The notes beneath the pieces were generated by a model. The model did not search any database and was not told where the DNA came from. It saw only the letters and a list, made by a program, of their open reading frames with translations. From contig CAVSZB010000007.1 in assembly GCA_963732385.1 (NCBI GenBank), positions 864,001 to 928,000 of the forward strand: DNA of 64,000 nt, in the 5' to 3' direction. The DNA is from an uncultured bacterium. Lineage in GTDB: Bacteria; Krumholzibacteriota; Krumholzibacteriia; LZORAL124-64-63. The translations under genes and the position numbers were made by a program. Position 1 is the first letter of the stretch. Each line of letters opens with the position of its first letter. Below, one piece after another: positions 1 through 9,114 of the stretch.

Positions 1-126
1 GGCGGGCGATTCCCCCGCCGGCCGCGGCCGCGGCCCCGGCGCGCAACCGCCGAGCGCAATCAGCAGCGCCAGCGCGGTCACGCCCGCGGCCCGCCACCCG
101 CCAGACGCGCGCGCGGGCCCCTTCAC
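1..126 (-). CDS. 5' end of a putative lipoprotein (runs off window)
   Basis: GTG at 126 overlaps the TGA of the C25 gene (GTGA). Translates MKGPARASGGWRAAGVTALALLIALGGCAPGP, with a hydrophobic stretch and an LGGC lipobox. Confidence 0.65.
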   Translation of the reverse strand, partial: MKGPARASGGWRAAGVTALALLIALGGCAPGPRPRPAGESPA

Positions 127-3100
127 CGCATCACCACCAGCCTCTGCATGCCGCTGCGCAGACCGCCGCCCGGCGCCTCGAGTTCGACGCGGTACAGGTA
201 GACACCGTTGGCCACCACGTCCCCCTCACCGTCGCGACCGTCCCAGGTCAGCAGCCCCTGGCCATCGTCCACCCGCTCGGCCCCGAACGGCACCACCGCC
301 ACGCGCCGTCCGCCCACCGTGTAGATCACGATCCGCCCGGGCGACGCCGGAGCTGTCGTGCGGAACAGGATCCGCACCGGCCCTGACGCCGGATTCGGGA
401 ACGCCAGCACATCGCTGACCGTGTACGCCGCGAGGGGCGCTTCGCCCTGCTGCAGCACGAAGGTCGTGGGATAGCCGGACACGGCGAGCGTGACCGCCCG
501 TACGGTGGCGGCGGCGTCGGGTGCGGTGGCGGTGAAGGCGAGATCAAGCGTGCGGCCGTCACGCCGGGCGAGATGGATGTTGCTCAGCGTCAGCCCGTCG
601 CCGGTCAGCAGCAGCGGCGTTTCGGCAGCCACGAAGGCAGGCATGGCGACCACCGCGGTGAAGTCGAGCGGCACCCCGGAGGCGAACCGCACGGCGCCTG
701 ACTCGAGCGGCTCCGGAGAGCCGGCCAAAAACAGCGTGCCGGTCAGCGGCAGGCGCACGGTGAGCGTGGCGTGGTTGTCAGTCGGCAGGCGGTCCGCGGT
801 GTCGTAGACATGCAGCGTGACGGCATGGTCGAACGGCCGCACCGGCAGCGCGATCTCGTACCCGGCGCGCTGGTTCGTGGCCGGGTCCGGCGGCGGCAGC
901 TCGGTCACGGCGGCCGACAGGTCGTTTCCTGCCGAATCGAGCACCACCAGGCGATCGACCCCCGCCTCGTCCACGGCCGTCAGTCGGATACGCCGCACGT
1001 TGGTCGTATCGAGCGCCGCCATCTCCATCCCCTCGGTCAAGGGGGTGTCGCCAGCGTCCGTCAGGACGGCGACGATGGCCGGCGGGCCGCAGTCGAGCAC
1101 CAGCAGCGGATCGCCGAGCAGGCAGTACTGCGCCGCCAGCGCACGGTATTCGGAATCGTAGTAACCCGTGTAGTGCGCCAGCACCGCCGCCTCCCCCGCC
1201 AGCAGCAGGTCTCCGAGCCGCCACCCGGTGCGCGCGCCACCGAACAGCCGCGGCGGGGTGAACAGCCAGTTATCGAGCTGCAGCAGCGCGAAATCGGCGT
1301 TGGAGCCGAGGTACTCAAACCCACTGCTGGCGTAGGAGGCGCAGGCCCCGGAGGTGTGCGTGAGCAGTTTCTCCGCCAGCGACGAATGCTCCGGCCCGTT
1401 GCGGTCCGCCGTGTTCTGAGCCCACTCCGCGATGTGGCAGCCGAGCCCCACGAACACCCACGGCTTGCCGGCATTGGTCAGGCTGTTGACATCCTGGCGC
1501 AGATACGGCGAGGGGAAAGCCCGTTCGTCCTGGAACAGGATCTCATGGCACAGGAGCTTGGCGTTGGCGTGCCCCTGATAATGCACCAGGAGCGCGCCCT
1601 GCGACAGGGAGGGCAGCAGGGCCGGCACCGCCAGATTCGCCGTGTACTCCTTGACCAGGGCCAGGCTGCGGAACGTGTCTCCGGGCGGGAACTGCGGGTC
1701 GAGATAGGTCGACAGGAAGAACCGGTCCGCCGTCTGCTCCCCGCCCGCGAAGCGGTCCCAGCGGGCGGCGAGACTGTCCTGGCACACCCGGAAGCGCTGC
1801 TCATCCAAATTCCGCACCAGCGTGGACGAGGTCACATCGCCGTAGCCGTAGGAAAAATCATCGTCGGCGATGAAAAGCGCGCGGCGGCGCCAGGCCTGGC
1901 CGGCCTGGTCCGTCTCCACCTGCAGGGTCTTGGCGATCATGGTGGACAGTTCCGCCCCGTTGTTGCACGGGAAGCGCCCCACGACCATCTCCGCCGGCGT
2001 GCGGGTGCCGCTGGGATAGTTTAAGCCGGCTGCGGGAGTGGCGTACCATTTGTCGGCCGCCAGTGCTTCGGGCGGTTCCAGCACGTGCTGCGCGTGCAAA
2101 TGCGTCGGCACCCAATCATAGGTGCCGTCGACGACGTTCAGGGCGCGCGCGTTCTCGTTGGCGTCGCCCACGAGCAGCAGCCCCCAGCTACCCCAGCGGT
2201 CCATGGCGTACTCGCAGAAGCGCCGGATCGCCCAGGGGTCCTTCAGACCGCCGCTGAACCAGTCGTAGACATCCTGCACGTTGACCACCTGCAGGGCATG
2301 GCCGCCGCCGGCGGTGCTGCTGCGGTAGTCGATCCACGGCTGCAGGGCGGAGCGAAACGCGCCGTGCGTGATCACCAGCACTTTGGGCGAGCCGGTGGCC
2401 ACGGTCGGATCGACCGGATTGACGATCCGCCGCGAATTGAAGGTGGTGAACTCCGGCACGCCGCTGCCCGCCAGGTCCGCCAGCGCGGCGAACCGCCGGG
2501 GCGAACCGTCCGGCTGGATCGCCCGCAGCGAGAGCGTGTAGGAACCGCCGGCGTCGACGACGTTGCCGGCGCCAAGCGCGATCCAGGCCGGCCGGCGGGG
2601 ATCGGTGATGTCGATCACGCCGAGGTCGGCGCGGCTGAAACCGGTCACCTCGAAATCCCGGGCGCCGACGACCGCGTCGCCAGGGAAAACCAGCGCATCA
2701 TCGACGGCGCGGTAGAGCGCAGCGTAGGAAATCTCCGCCCAGTCCAGGTACGACATCAGGGCGGTGGGCGGATTGTTGAGCGAATCGATGCGCAGCGTGG
2801 CGGTCGGGTTGGCGAGCAGATTCCCACCGATCGGATCCGCGGAGAAAGCGAGGACCTCGGTCAGGGTGTTCAGATTGTGGGTGCCCAGATCCACGGTGTT
2901 AGCGCCGCAAACCAGCGAGGCCCGCACGAAGCGATCGAAGTTGCTGATACTCCAGCCCATCAGCCCGGCGCGCGCCTGCCCGTCAGTGCCGGCCGGATCG
3001 GGCGACCAGAGCGGAATCGACAACGTCGCCGCGGTATCGGTGTGGCGGTTGTAATGATTGCGATCACTGTCGGCGTTGAGCGTGAACTCCCGGTACGCGC

Positions 3101-4529
3101 TGTCCTCCTCGAGGTAATCGACACGCCGGTAACGCGGCAACGGCGCGCCGGCCGAAGGGGGCAGCGTCACCTCGGACATGCGCGCCCACGGCGCCCCCAC
3201 GACAGCGTCGGCGAAGGCGAGCCAGTAGACGTTGCCGGTGCGCAGTCCGGGATCGGCGGCGCCGCTGGGGCCGTTGTTCAGTTCGTAAGGATCGCCGCAG
3301 CCCGGCAGATCGACCGGCGAGTCGCCCGAGTCGTCGGTCCAGGCGTTGTCGTCGCGGGAACGCAGCGCGTAGAAAAGCAGCGCCTCGCCGTCGCTGAAGT
3401 CGCCACCGTCGCCGAGCAGCCGGATCGGCACTTCGCTGGTGAGATAATGCGCCGGGTCCGCCGCGTTGTAGCGGCGCTGGTAGAGACGGATCTGGTCCTC
3501 GCGCACGCCCCCCGCCGGCAGCCAGCCGAGCAGGCGCAGCTTGCTCGCGGTCAAACGGTAGAGCTGCGTTTTCGGCACGAGCAGTTGCACTTCCGGCGCC
3601 AGCGGCACGACCTCGCTCCGCGCGGCCGCGGCTCTGGCAGGCGCCGCGACGGCCGGCGCCGCAGCTTCGGCCGGCCAACGGCGCAACCCGTCCGGATTGA
3701 GAAACAGGAAGCCGAAGCGATCGTCACCGCGTCCACTGCGCGCCCCGGAAGTGCCGACACCGGCCCCCTTCGCCACCGGCACGAAGCGGATCTCCCAACG
3801 CCCTTCCCGCAACAGCCGGGAAGCGAGCCCGTCGGCATCCGCGGTCAACGGCGCCACGTTCACGCTGGCGATGCGGCGCCCCCGCCAGACGGTCGGCTCG
3901 CCGACGATCAGCGGCGCCTGCCCGGACGGCGCTTCGGCCGCCGTCCGCGCCGCCCACAGGGCCGGCTGCGAGCCTGCCGTAAGCGGCCGGCCGCGGCGCG
4001 GCGATTCGCCCGGCAGCAGCAGTTCCGCCCCCAGATCCTCCTCGCCGGTTTCGGGATCGCGCAGCGCCACCGGCGTGGACCCGACCAGCAGACGCCGCGG
4101 CGGGACCGCTTCCCAGCGCTCCGTCAACGGCGTCACCACGGGCCGCATCCCGGGCGGCACCACGATCCAGGCGCCCCACACCGGCAGCACCGGACGCGTC
4201 GGCGCGCCGCGGCCGCTGAAGCCGGGCAATTGCAGCTCCCACAACGGCGCGCCGCCATCGGGGCTCGCCGTCGCGCGCCACGCAGTATCGGCGGCGCTGA
4301 AAGCGAGCAACAAACCGGCATCGTCGCTGCGTTCCACCCGCACCGGGCGGTCACGACCACCATCCGGGATCGGCGTCGCCCCCCCTTCTGCCCGGGACTG
4401 GGCCGGCAGTCGCTCGACCGCGAACAGGCTCAGCAGCGCAACAACCGCCGGGATGGCGGAACCGGAGCGGCTCCACCGCGCCACGCGACGGCGCGCGCGT
4501 TCGTGAATCGGGACAGACGCGTGGATCAT
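123..4529 (-). CDS. Secreted C25-family (gingipain/PorU-like) cysteine peptidase with C-terminal FlgD-Ig/T9SS-like domain
   Basis: Signal-like N-terminus; C25 motifs LLLVGDA, VGRFPC, HYQGHAN (His) and FVGLGCHIA (Cys); C-terminus FPNP...WDGRDGEGDVVANGVYLYRV. Confidence 0.85.
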   Translation of the reverse strand: MIHASVPIHERARRRVARWSRSGSAIPAVVALLSLFAVERLPAQSRAEGGATPIPDGGRDRPVRVERSDDAGLLLAFSAADTAWRATASPDGGAPLWELQLPGFSGRGAPTRPVLPVWGAWIVVPPGMRPVVTPLTERWEAVPPRRLLVGSTPVALRDPETGEEDLGAELLLPGESPRRGRPLTAGSQPALWAARTAAEAPSGQAPLIVGEPTVWRGRRIASVNVAPLTADADGLASRLLREGRWEIRFVPVAKGAGVGTSGARSGRGDDRFGFLFLNPDGLRRWPAEAAAPAVAAPARAAAARSEVVPLAPEVQLLVPKTQLYRLTASKLRLLGWLPAGGVREDQIRLYQRRYNAADPAHYLTSEVPIRLLGDGGDFSDGEALLFYALRSRDDNAWTDDSGDSPVDLPGCGDPYELNNGPSGAADPGLRTGNVYWLAFADAVVGAPWARMSEVTLPPSAGAPLPRYRRVDYLEEDSAYREFTLNADSDRNHYNRHTDTAATLSIPLWSPDPAGTDGQARAGLMGWSISNFDRFVRASLVCGANTVDLGTHNLNTLTEVLAFSADPIGGNLLANPTATLRIDSLNNPPTALMSYLDWAEISYAALYRAVDDALVFPGDAVVGARDFEVTGFSRADLGVIDITDPRRPAWIALGAGNVVDAGGSYTLSLRAIQPDGSPRRFAALADLAGSGVPEFTTFNSRRIVNPVDPTVATGSPKVLVITHGAFRSALQPWIDYRSSTAGGGHALQVVNVQDVYDWFSGGLKDPWAIRRFCEYAMDRWGSWGLLLVGDANENARALNVVDGTYDWVPTHLHAQHVLEPPEALAADKWYATPAAGLNYPSGTRTPAEMVVGRFPCNNGAELSTMIAKTLQVETDQAGQAWRRRALFIADDDFSYGYGDVTSSTLVRNLDEQRFRVCQDSLAARWDRFAGGEQTADRFFLSTYLDPQFPPGDTFRSLALVKEYTANLAVPALLPSLSQGALLVHYQGHANAKLLCHEILFQDERAFPSPYLRQDVNSLTNAGKPWVFVGLGCHIAEWAQNTADRNGPEHSSLAEKLLTHTSGACASYASSGFEYLGSNADFALLQLDNWLFTPPRLFGGARTGWRLGDLLLAGEAAVLAHYTGYYDSEYRALAAQYCLLGDPLLVLDCGPPAIVAVLTDAGDTPLTEGMEMAALDTTNVRRIRLTAVDEAGVDRLVVLDSAGNDLSAAVTELPPPDPATNQRAGYEIALPVRPFDHAVTLHVYDTADRLPTDNHATLTVRLPLTGTLFLAGSPEPLESGAVRFASGVPLDFTAVVAMPAFVAAETPLLLTGDGLTLSNIHLARRDGRTLDLAFTATAPDAAATVRAVTLAVSGYPTTFVLQQGEAPLAAYTVSDVLAFPNPASGPVRILFRTTAPASPGRIVIYTVGGRRVAVVPFGAERVDDGQGLLTWDGRDGEGDVVANGVYLYRVELEAPGGGLRSGMQRLVVMR

Positions 4530-4591
4530 GGTGCAGACGCTCCTCGAAGCCGGGGCGTGGGGAGGGGCTCAGGGGGGCAACTCACCTGGTC

Positions 4592-4621
4592 AGTATAGGT
4601 TCGGTCGCCGGGAGGGGTCAA
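4592..4621 (-). promoter_or_regulatory. sigma70-type promoter for the C25 gene
   Basis: TTGACC-N18-TATACT on the minus strand, about 60 nt upstream of the ATG. Confidence 0.6.
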
Positions 4622-4647
4622 CTGCCGGCGCCCAGACCGACGCACAC

Positions 4648-4679
4648 AAAAAAACCCGGGTGGCGAAGCCACCCGGGTT
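4648..4679 (-). terminator. Rho-independent terminator
   Basis: AACCCGGGTGGC-N3-GCCACCCGGGTT hairpin running into a T tract on the minus strand, just after the stop at 4702. Confidence 0.85.
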
Positions 4680-4701
4680 GGAATCAGGCAGGCTGAAAAA
4701 A

Positions 4702-5328
4702 CTACTGGTACAGGCTCTTCACACTGCTCCAGCTGTTGTTCTCAGTGGGAACCACCGTGGGAATCTCCGGCGCCGGCAACGTCCAGAACCCAGCCATGAT
4801 GTAGAAGTAATCACGGCCCTCCAGCGGCATGCTGGTGGCCACCGGGAACAAGGGGAACTTCGCGTGGGATTGGCACCGTCGACATCGCCGGGGGTATGCA
4901 ACACGGGGAAGGACGTCGACGTGCAGGGACCAAGCCGAAACCTGCGCCGCCACGCCCATGCATAGAACCACTTCATGGTGAGCAGAAGCATCGCCGGCGT
5001 ACGGCATCGAAGGAGCAACGCCGACCTGGTAGTTCGGCGCGTCCAGAACAGTTGGTGCCGCCGCCAGCCATGGTATAGGTAACTCCGGCCACGGGGAACG
5101 CGATTGATCGCGACCTCAGCCTCCCAGGCGCGACAGGTGGCCGACTGGGTGATGTTCGTCGCCACCAGATAGGCGTAGACATCCACGTAGCATGGGAGCG
5201 GTGCGGCAGAGTAATTGTTGATGCCCATTCTGATCGAAGTAGACTCCGATGCCGTTGGGCATATTGCTCGTCTGCGCAAACGCGCTCGCAGACACCAGAA
5301 TCAGCGCCAAAACTAGCAACTTCTTCAT
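4702..5328 (-). CDS. Secreted protein with C-terminal ENNSWSSVKSLYQ motif, interrupted by several frameshifts (probably consensus errors)
   Basis: AAGGAG RBS and signal peptide MKKLLVLALILVSASAFAQ. Protein-like segments continue in alternating frames (GIGVYFD / VYAYLVATNIT..AWEAEV / PTENNSWSSVKSLYQ). Confidence 0.7.
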
Positions 5329-5365
5329 GATATTAACTCCTTAAAACCACGTTACGGACACCCTG

Positions 5366-6025
5366 TTACTGGCAACCCTGAAGAGCCGACTTCAGCGCCG
5401 TCACGTAGACCGACCGTGTCGGAAATGTTGATCACGCCGTCATAGACAAAATTCGGCATAGTAGTTGTCCGCCGCGAAACCCTTGAGGGCCGACACGTAC
5501 GACGCACCGTGTCCGAAACGTTGATTACGTTATCGCCAGTTGATGTCCGTGCTGTTGAACAGGATGTCGAGCTGGCTGCCGGACAGCGGCGTGCCGGCGA
5601 TCATGACCACGGTCTTCTCGCCACCGTTGCGGTTCGAGTGACCCTTCGCCAGATACCGCGTCGGTGAAGGTCGTGACACCGAGCGCATTGGTGTTGACGG
5701 CAGGAATGCTGGGCGTGCAGATGACCAAGCCACCCAGGCTGGTCGCGAGCCACAGATCCTCGCGGGGATACCCAAAGATCGGGTCTCCGTTGCCGTCTCT
5801 CAGGGTCAGGGTGATCGTCGCGTTGACCACAACGCCGCCGACCGTCTTCGCCTGGAGCAGGGTCTGCCCGGCTCCGGGGATCGGGGAGCAGTAAACCGAA
5901 ACCTGAGTCCCTGCAGCCGTCGTGGCCGTGGAAAGCGTATAATCCGGGATTCCTGCCACAGCCATGGAAACGGTTCCCATGACCAGACTGCATACGAACA
6001 GACTCACAAGTTTCCTTCTAACCAT
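5366..6025 (-). CDS. Secreted surface protein with C-terminal dockerin-like/EF-hand pair, frameshifted by single-base insertions
   Basis: AGGAGG RBS and signal peptide. Removing about 6 extra bases gives ...FNSTDINGDNVINVSDTVVYVSALKG...FVYDGVINISDTVVYVTALKSALQGCQ-stop. Confidence 0.7.
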
Positions 6026-6145
6026 TAGGACACCTCCTAAAGGACATTCCCAAGCGAGGGTGTTTAACCCAGGCGACCACGTTTGGCAACCGCGCTAACC
6101 CCTCCTCTCCACTCCTCAGAGCGTTGTCCGACACTTGACTTGCAT

Positions 6146-6175
6146 AGAATACCACAAGCGCCTCCAGGGCCACAA
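6146..6175 (-). promoter_or_regulatory. Putative extended -10 promoter for the 6025/5328 gene pair
   Basis: TTGTGG-N18-TATTCT with TGn immediately before the -10; AT-rich tract upstream. Confidence 0.45.
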
Positions 6176-6287
6176 GCCCTATTTTTAGTTTTTCGGGGGA
6201 TTTGAAGGATCCTGATTAAGGACGATCAAATTCTGCCAGGGCGGTGCGAGATCGGGCTCCGCCACCGCGCCCCATCACCTAGAGGTT

Positions 6288-6364
6288 TGGTGGGCGAAAC
6301 AGGGCTCGAACCTGTGACCTCCTGCTTGTAAGGCAGGCGCTCTGACCAGCTGAGCTATTCGCCC
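6288..6364 (-). tRNA. tRNA-Val(TAC)
   Basis: GGGCGAATAGCTCAGCTGGTCAGAGCG-CCTGC-CTTACAA-GCAGG-AGGTCACAGGTTCGAGCCCTGTTTCGCCCACCA: cloverleaf with encoded CCA. Confidence 0.97.
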
Positions 6365-6543
6365 GACCGCGGGGCGTCCTGACGGTAGGACCGATAAAGA
6401 TGCAGGGGAATGAACACGCAGTACCCGGCCACGAGCAGCAGCGGCGCGGCGCTGATATCACCCGCCGCGAGCAGGATGTAGCCAAGCAGCAGCGATGTCC
6501 CGCCGGCCACCAGCCAGGCGTGGGTGCGGAGCCGTTGCATCAT
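6355..6543 (-). CDS. Small two-helix membrane protein
   Basis: GGGAGG RBS; two hydrophobic segments (LLLGYILLA, APLLLVAGYCVFIP); the stop codon lies inside the tRNA 5' end. Confidence 0.65.
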   Translation of the reverse strand: MMQRLRTHAWLVAGGTSLLLGYILLAAGDISAAPLLLVAGYCVFIPLHLYRSYRQDAPRSGE

Positions 6544-6602
6544 CAGTTGCCTCCCCGGTCGGCGCGACCCGCCACGCGCGTGCCGCCGCCGTCCGGCTCA
6601 TG

Positions 6603-6631
6603 ACATTAGCGACGGGCGGTCGGAGCGTCAA
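6603..6631 (-). promoter_or_regulatory. sigma70-type promoter for the small ORF plus tRNA-Val
   Basis: TTGACG-N17-TAATGT. Confidence 0.6.
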
Positions 6632-6643
6632 GTGCCGCCCTGC

Positions 6644-7786
6644 TCAGCGGGACGGCGCCACGCCCGCCGCTCGCTCCCGCTGCGCCCGCCAGGCGCGCAC
6701 GCCCCGCTCGTGCGCCTCGAGCGTGCGCGAGAAGACATGCCCCCCGTCGCCCCGCGCCACGAAAAAAAGCGCCTCGCACGCGGAGTCGGGGCTGACCGCG
6801 GCGCGCACCGCGGCGGCACCGGGGCTGCCGATCGGACCGGGAGGCAGTCCGGGGCACGTGTAGGTATTGAACGGCGAGTCGACCGTGAGATCGCGGGTGA
6901 ACAGCCGCTCGCCCCGCTTGCGCAGCGCGTAGGCGACCGTCGGATCCGCCTCCAGCCGCCAGCCCAGACGCAGGCGGTTCAGGTAGACCGCCGCAATCCG
7001 CGGACGGTCGTCCGGCAGGCGCGCCTCCGCCTCCACGAGCGAGGCGAGGGTGAGCAGGTCGTGCGGCGCCAGACCGGTCACGCGGGGCAGCGAATCGGCC
7101 CGCGCCACGCCTGCCGTCACGATCACCCTGGCCGCGGCGACCGCCGACAGGCCGGGCGGCAGGAAGTAGGTGTCGGGCGCGAGGTAACCCTCGCACCAGT
7201 GGAAGGGGCGCAACGTCGCGGCCGCGCCGGCCCGCGCCCCCGCGGCCGCGAGGGCGTCGAGCCGGGCCAGACGGGCGGCGTCACCGGCCAGTCCGCGGGC
7301 GACGATCCCGGCCCGCGCCAGCGAGTCGGCGGCCGCGAGGAAGCGCGCCGCATCGCCGCCGGTGGCATCGGCCACCCGGCGCGCCGCCTCCTCCGCCTCG
7401 ATTCCCTCAGGCAACAGCACCCGCGCCAGCACGACCCGCCCCGTGGCCAGCAGCGCGAGCAGGTCACGCGGCGCCAGGCCGCGCGGCAGGGTGTAGACAC
7501 CGGCCCTCAACTGTCGATCCCGGCCGGTGACCCGCGCCACCAGACGCAGCAGTCGGCGCTGGCGGACCAGGCCACGCCGGGCGAGGGTGTCGATGACCGC
7601 GCCATAGGGAGCACCGACCGGCACCCGCACCGTCTGGTACGGCGGCCCGGGCGGACGGCCGCCCGCGGGGCGGCTCCAGGCGCGCCAGCCAAGTCCCACA
7701 CCGCTCGCCAGCAACGCGGCCGCCAGGAGCAGCCGCGCGCTCACGCGCGCGAGCCGTACGCCGGGCCACGGTAACGCGCGCCTCAC
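6644..7786 (-). CDS. mltG: Endolytic transglycosylase MltG
   Basis: EGYLAPDTY, LASLVEAEA, LEADPTV, SPFNTY and GLPPGPI motifs; N-terminal TM helix. Confidence 0.93.
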   Translation of the reverse strand: MRRALPWPGVRLARVSARLLLAAALLASGVGLGWRAWSRPAGGRPPGPPYQTVRVPVGAPYGAVIDTLARRGLVRQRRLLRLVARVTGRDRQLRAGVYTLPRGLAPRDLLALLATGRVVLARVLLPEGIEAEEAARRVADATGGDAARFLAAADSLARAGIVARGLAGDAARLARLDALAAAGARAGAAATLRPFHWCEGYLAPDTYFLPPGLSAVAAARVIVTAGVARADSLPRVTGLAPHDLLTLASLVEAEARLPDDRPRIAAVYLNRLRLGWRLEADPTVAYALRKRGERLFTRDLTVDSPFNTYTCPGLPPGPIGSPGAAAVRAAVSPDSACEALFFVARGDGGHVFSRTLEAHERGVRAWRAQRERAAGVAPSR

Positions 7787-8232
7787 CGCGCCCCCTCAGG
7801 AGCTCCGTCGTCCGGTCGCGACGAACGCGACTGGTCGAGATACTGCTGAAGGATTATCTCGGCGGCGAGCGCATCGACCTCGCCCCGCGGCCGGCGCCGA
7901 CGACCGCCGGCCCGCAGAAACGCAGTCGCCTCACGTGAACTGTAGCGCTCGTCGAGCAGGACGACGGGGAGTCCGAGCGCCGTGGCGATCCTGGCGGCGA
8001 AGGCGCGCGCGCGAGCCGCCGTCTCCCCCTCCCGCCCGCTCTCCTCGAGCGGCAGTCCGACCACCACGGCACGCACGCCGCGCTCGGCAACGAGACGGCG
8101 TAACCGATCGAGCAGGGAACCGTCGCCGGGAGTGGTGTGGGTGCCGACCGCGAAGGCCACGGTCTCGGTCTCGTCGCTCACGGCCATGCCGACGCGGCGC
8201 GCACCGTAATCGAGGCCGAGCAGGGCGCACAT
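7783..8232 (-). CDS. ruvX: YqgF/RuvX pre-16S rRNA nuclease
   Basis: LGLDYGARRVGMAVSD, VVGLP, DERYSS and VDALAAEIILQ motifs. Confidence 0.93.
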   Translation of the reverse strand: MCALLGLDYGARRVGMAVSDETETVAFAVGTHTTPGDGSLLDRLRRLVAERGVRAVVVGLPLEESGREGETAARARAFAARIATALGLPVVLLDERYSSREATAFLRAGGRRRRPRGEVDALAAEIILQQYLDQSRSSRPDDGAPEGAR

Positions 8233-8237
8233 GGGGA

Positions 8238-8651
8238 TCAGGCGCCGGGGTGGAAGCGCTTGCGGAGCCGGGCGCAGAAGCGACCGTCGGGTGCACGCGA
8301 GAATTCGAGATCATCGGTGAATTCGCGCATGATCAGGATGCCGCGGCCGCGCTCCTGCATCAGATCGACGGGCGGCGTCCAGACGCTGTAGTCGAAGCCG
8401 GCGCCATGGTCGAAGACCGCGACTTCGATTTCGGCATCGCCGAATTCGAAGTGGATTTCGATCTCCTGGTCCTCGCGCAGACCGTTGCCGTGCTCCATGG
8501 CATTGGTGCAGGCCTCGATGACCGAAGTGCTCAGTTCGTCGATCTCGCGGCGCTCGAACGGCAGATCACCGGCCAGCTCCATGAGCACCGCATCGGGCAC
8601 CCCCAGGAACACCAGCTGGCTCGGGATCTTCAACTCGATGCGCGGCTTCAC
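8238..8651 (-). CDS. Anti-sigma factor Ser/Thr kinase (RsbW-like)
   Basis: EACTNAMEHG, DHGAGFD and ERGRGILIM HATPase_c_2 motifs. Confidence 0.88.
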   Translation of the reverse strand: MKPRIELKIPSQLVFLGVPDAVLMELAGDLPFERREIDELSTSVIEACTNAMEHGNGLREDQEIEIHFEFGDAEIEVAVFDHGAGFDYSVWTPPVDLMQERGRGILIMREFTDDLEFSRAPDGRFCARLRKRFHPGA

Positions 8652-8673
8652 GGGATCGCGACCTCGCGTCGGT

Positions 8674-9012
8674 TCAGGAGAAGCTCCGGATGGCCGCCTC
8701 TTCGTCCTCGAAGGAGGCGAAGACCGTGTGCAGCTTCGTGACCATGAAAATGCTCTCGATACGGCCCGAAACCCGCAACAGTTTCAGGTCGCCGCCGTTG
8801 TTTTTCAGCGTGGAGTAGCCGGAGATCAGGATCCCGAGGCCGCTGCTGTTGATCCAGGAGACCCGCTCGAGACTGATGACGACGTTGCGGTAGCCCTCGT
8901 GGATGAGCGTCTTGAGCGTGCTGTCGAACATGCCCGCATCGTCGCCGCCCATGATCTTGCCCGACAATTCGAGAATCGCCACACCGTCGCGCTTGCGTTC
9001 CTTGATCTTCAT
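8674..9012 (-). CDS. STAS anti-sigma factor antagonist (RsbV-like)
   Basis: VSWINSSGLGILI with the phospho-Ser; GGGAGG RBS before ATG 9012. Confidence 0.9.
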   Translation of the reverse strand: MKIKERKRDGVAILELSGKIMGGDDAGMFDSTLKTLIHEGYRNVVISLERVSWINSSGLGILISGYSTLKNNGGDLKLLRVSGRIESIFMVTKLHTVFASFEDEEAAIRSFS

Positions 9013-9114
9013 CCCGCGCCTCCCGCGCAACCGCGCCGCACGGCCGAATCCCCGGCGCCACCGGACCGATTGTCGTCAAAATAGGAGCCGCTCCCGGTCC
9101 TGTCTAGGCGCAAT

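Noticed and set aside
4702..6025. Diversity-generating retroelement target or programmed frameshifting
   Set aside because: No reverse transcriptase or template-repeat copy is in the window, the changes are insertions rather than A-specific substitutions, and most are not in slippery runs.
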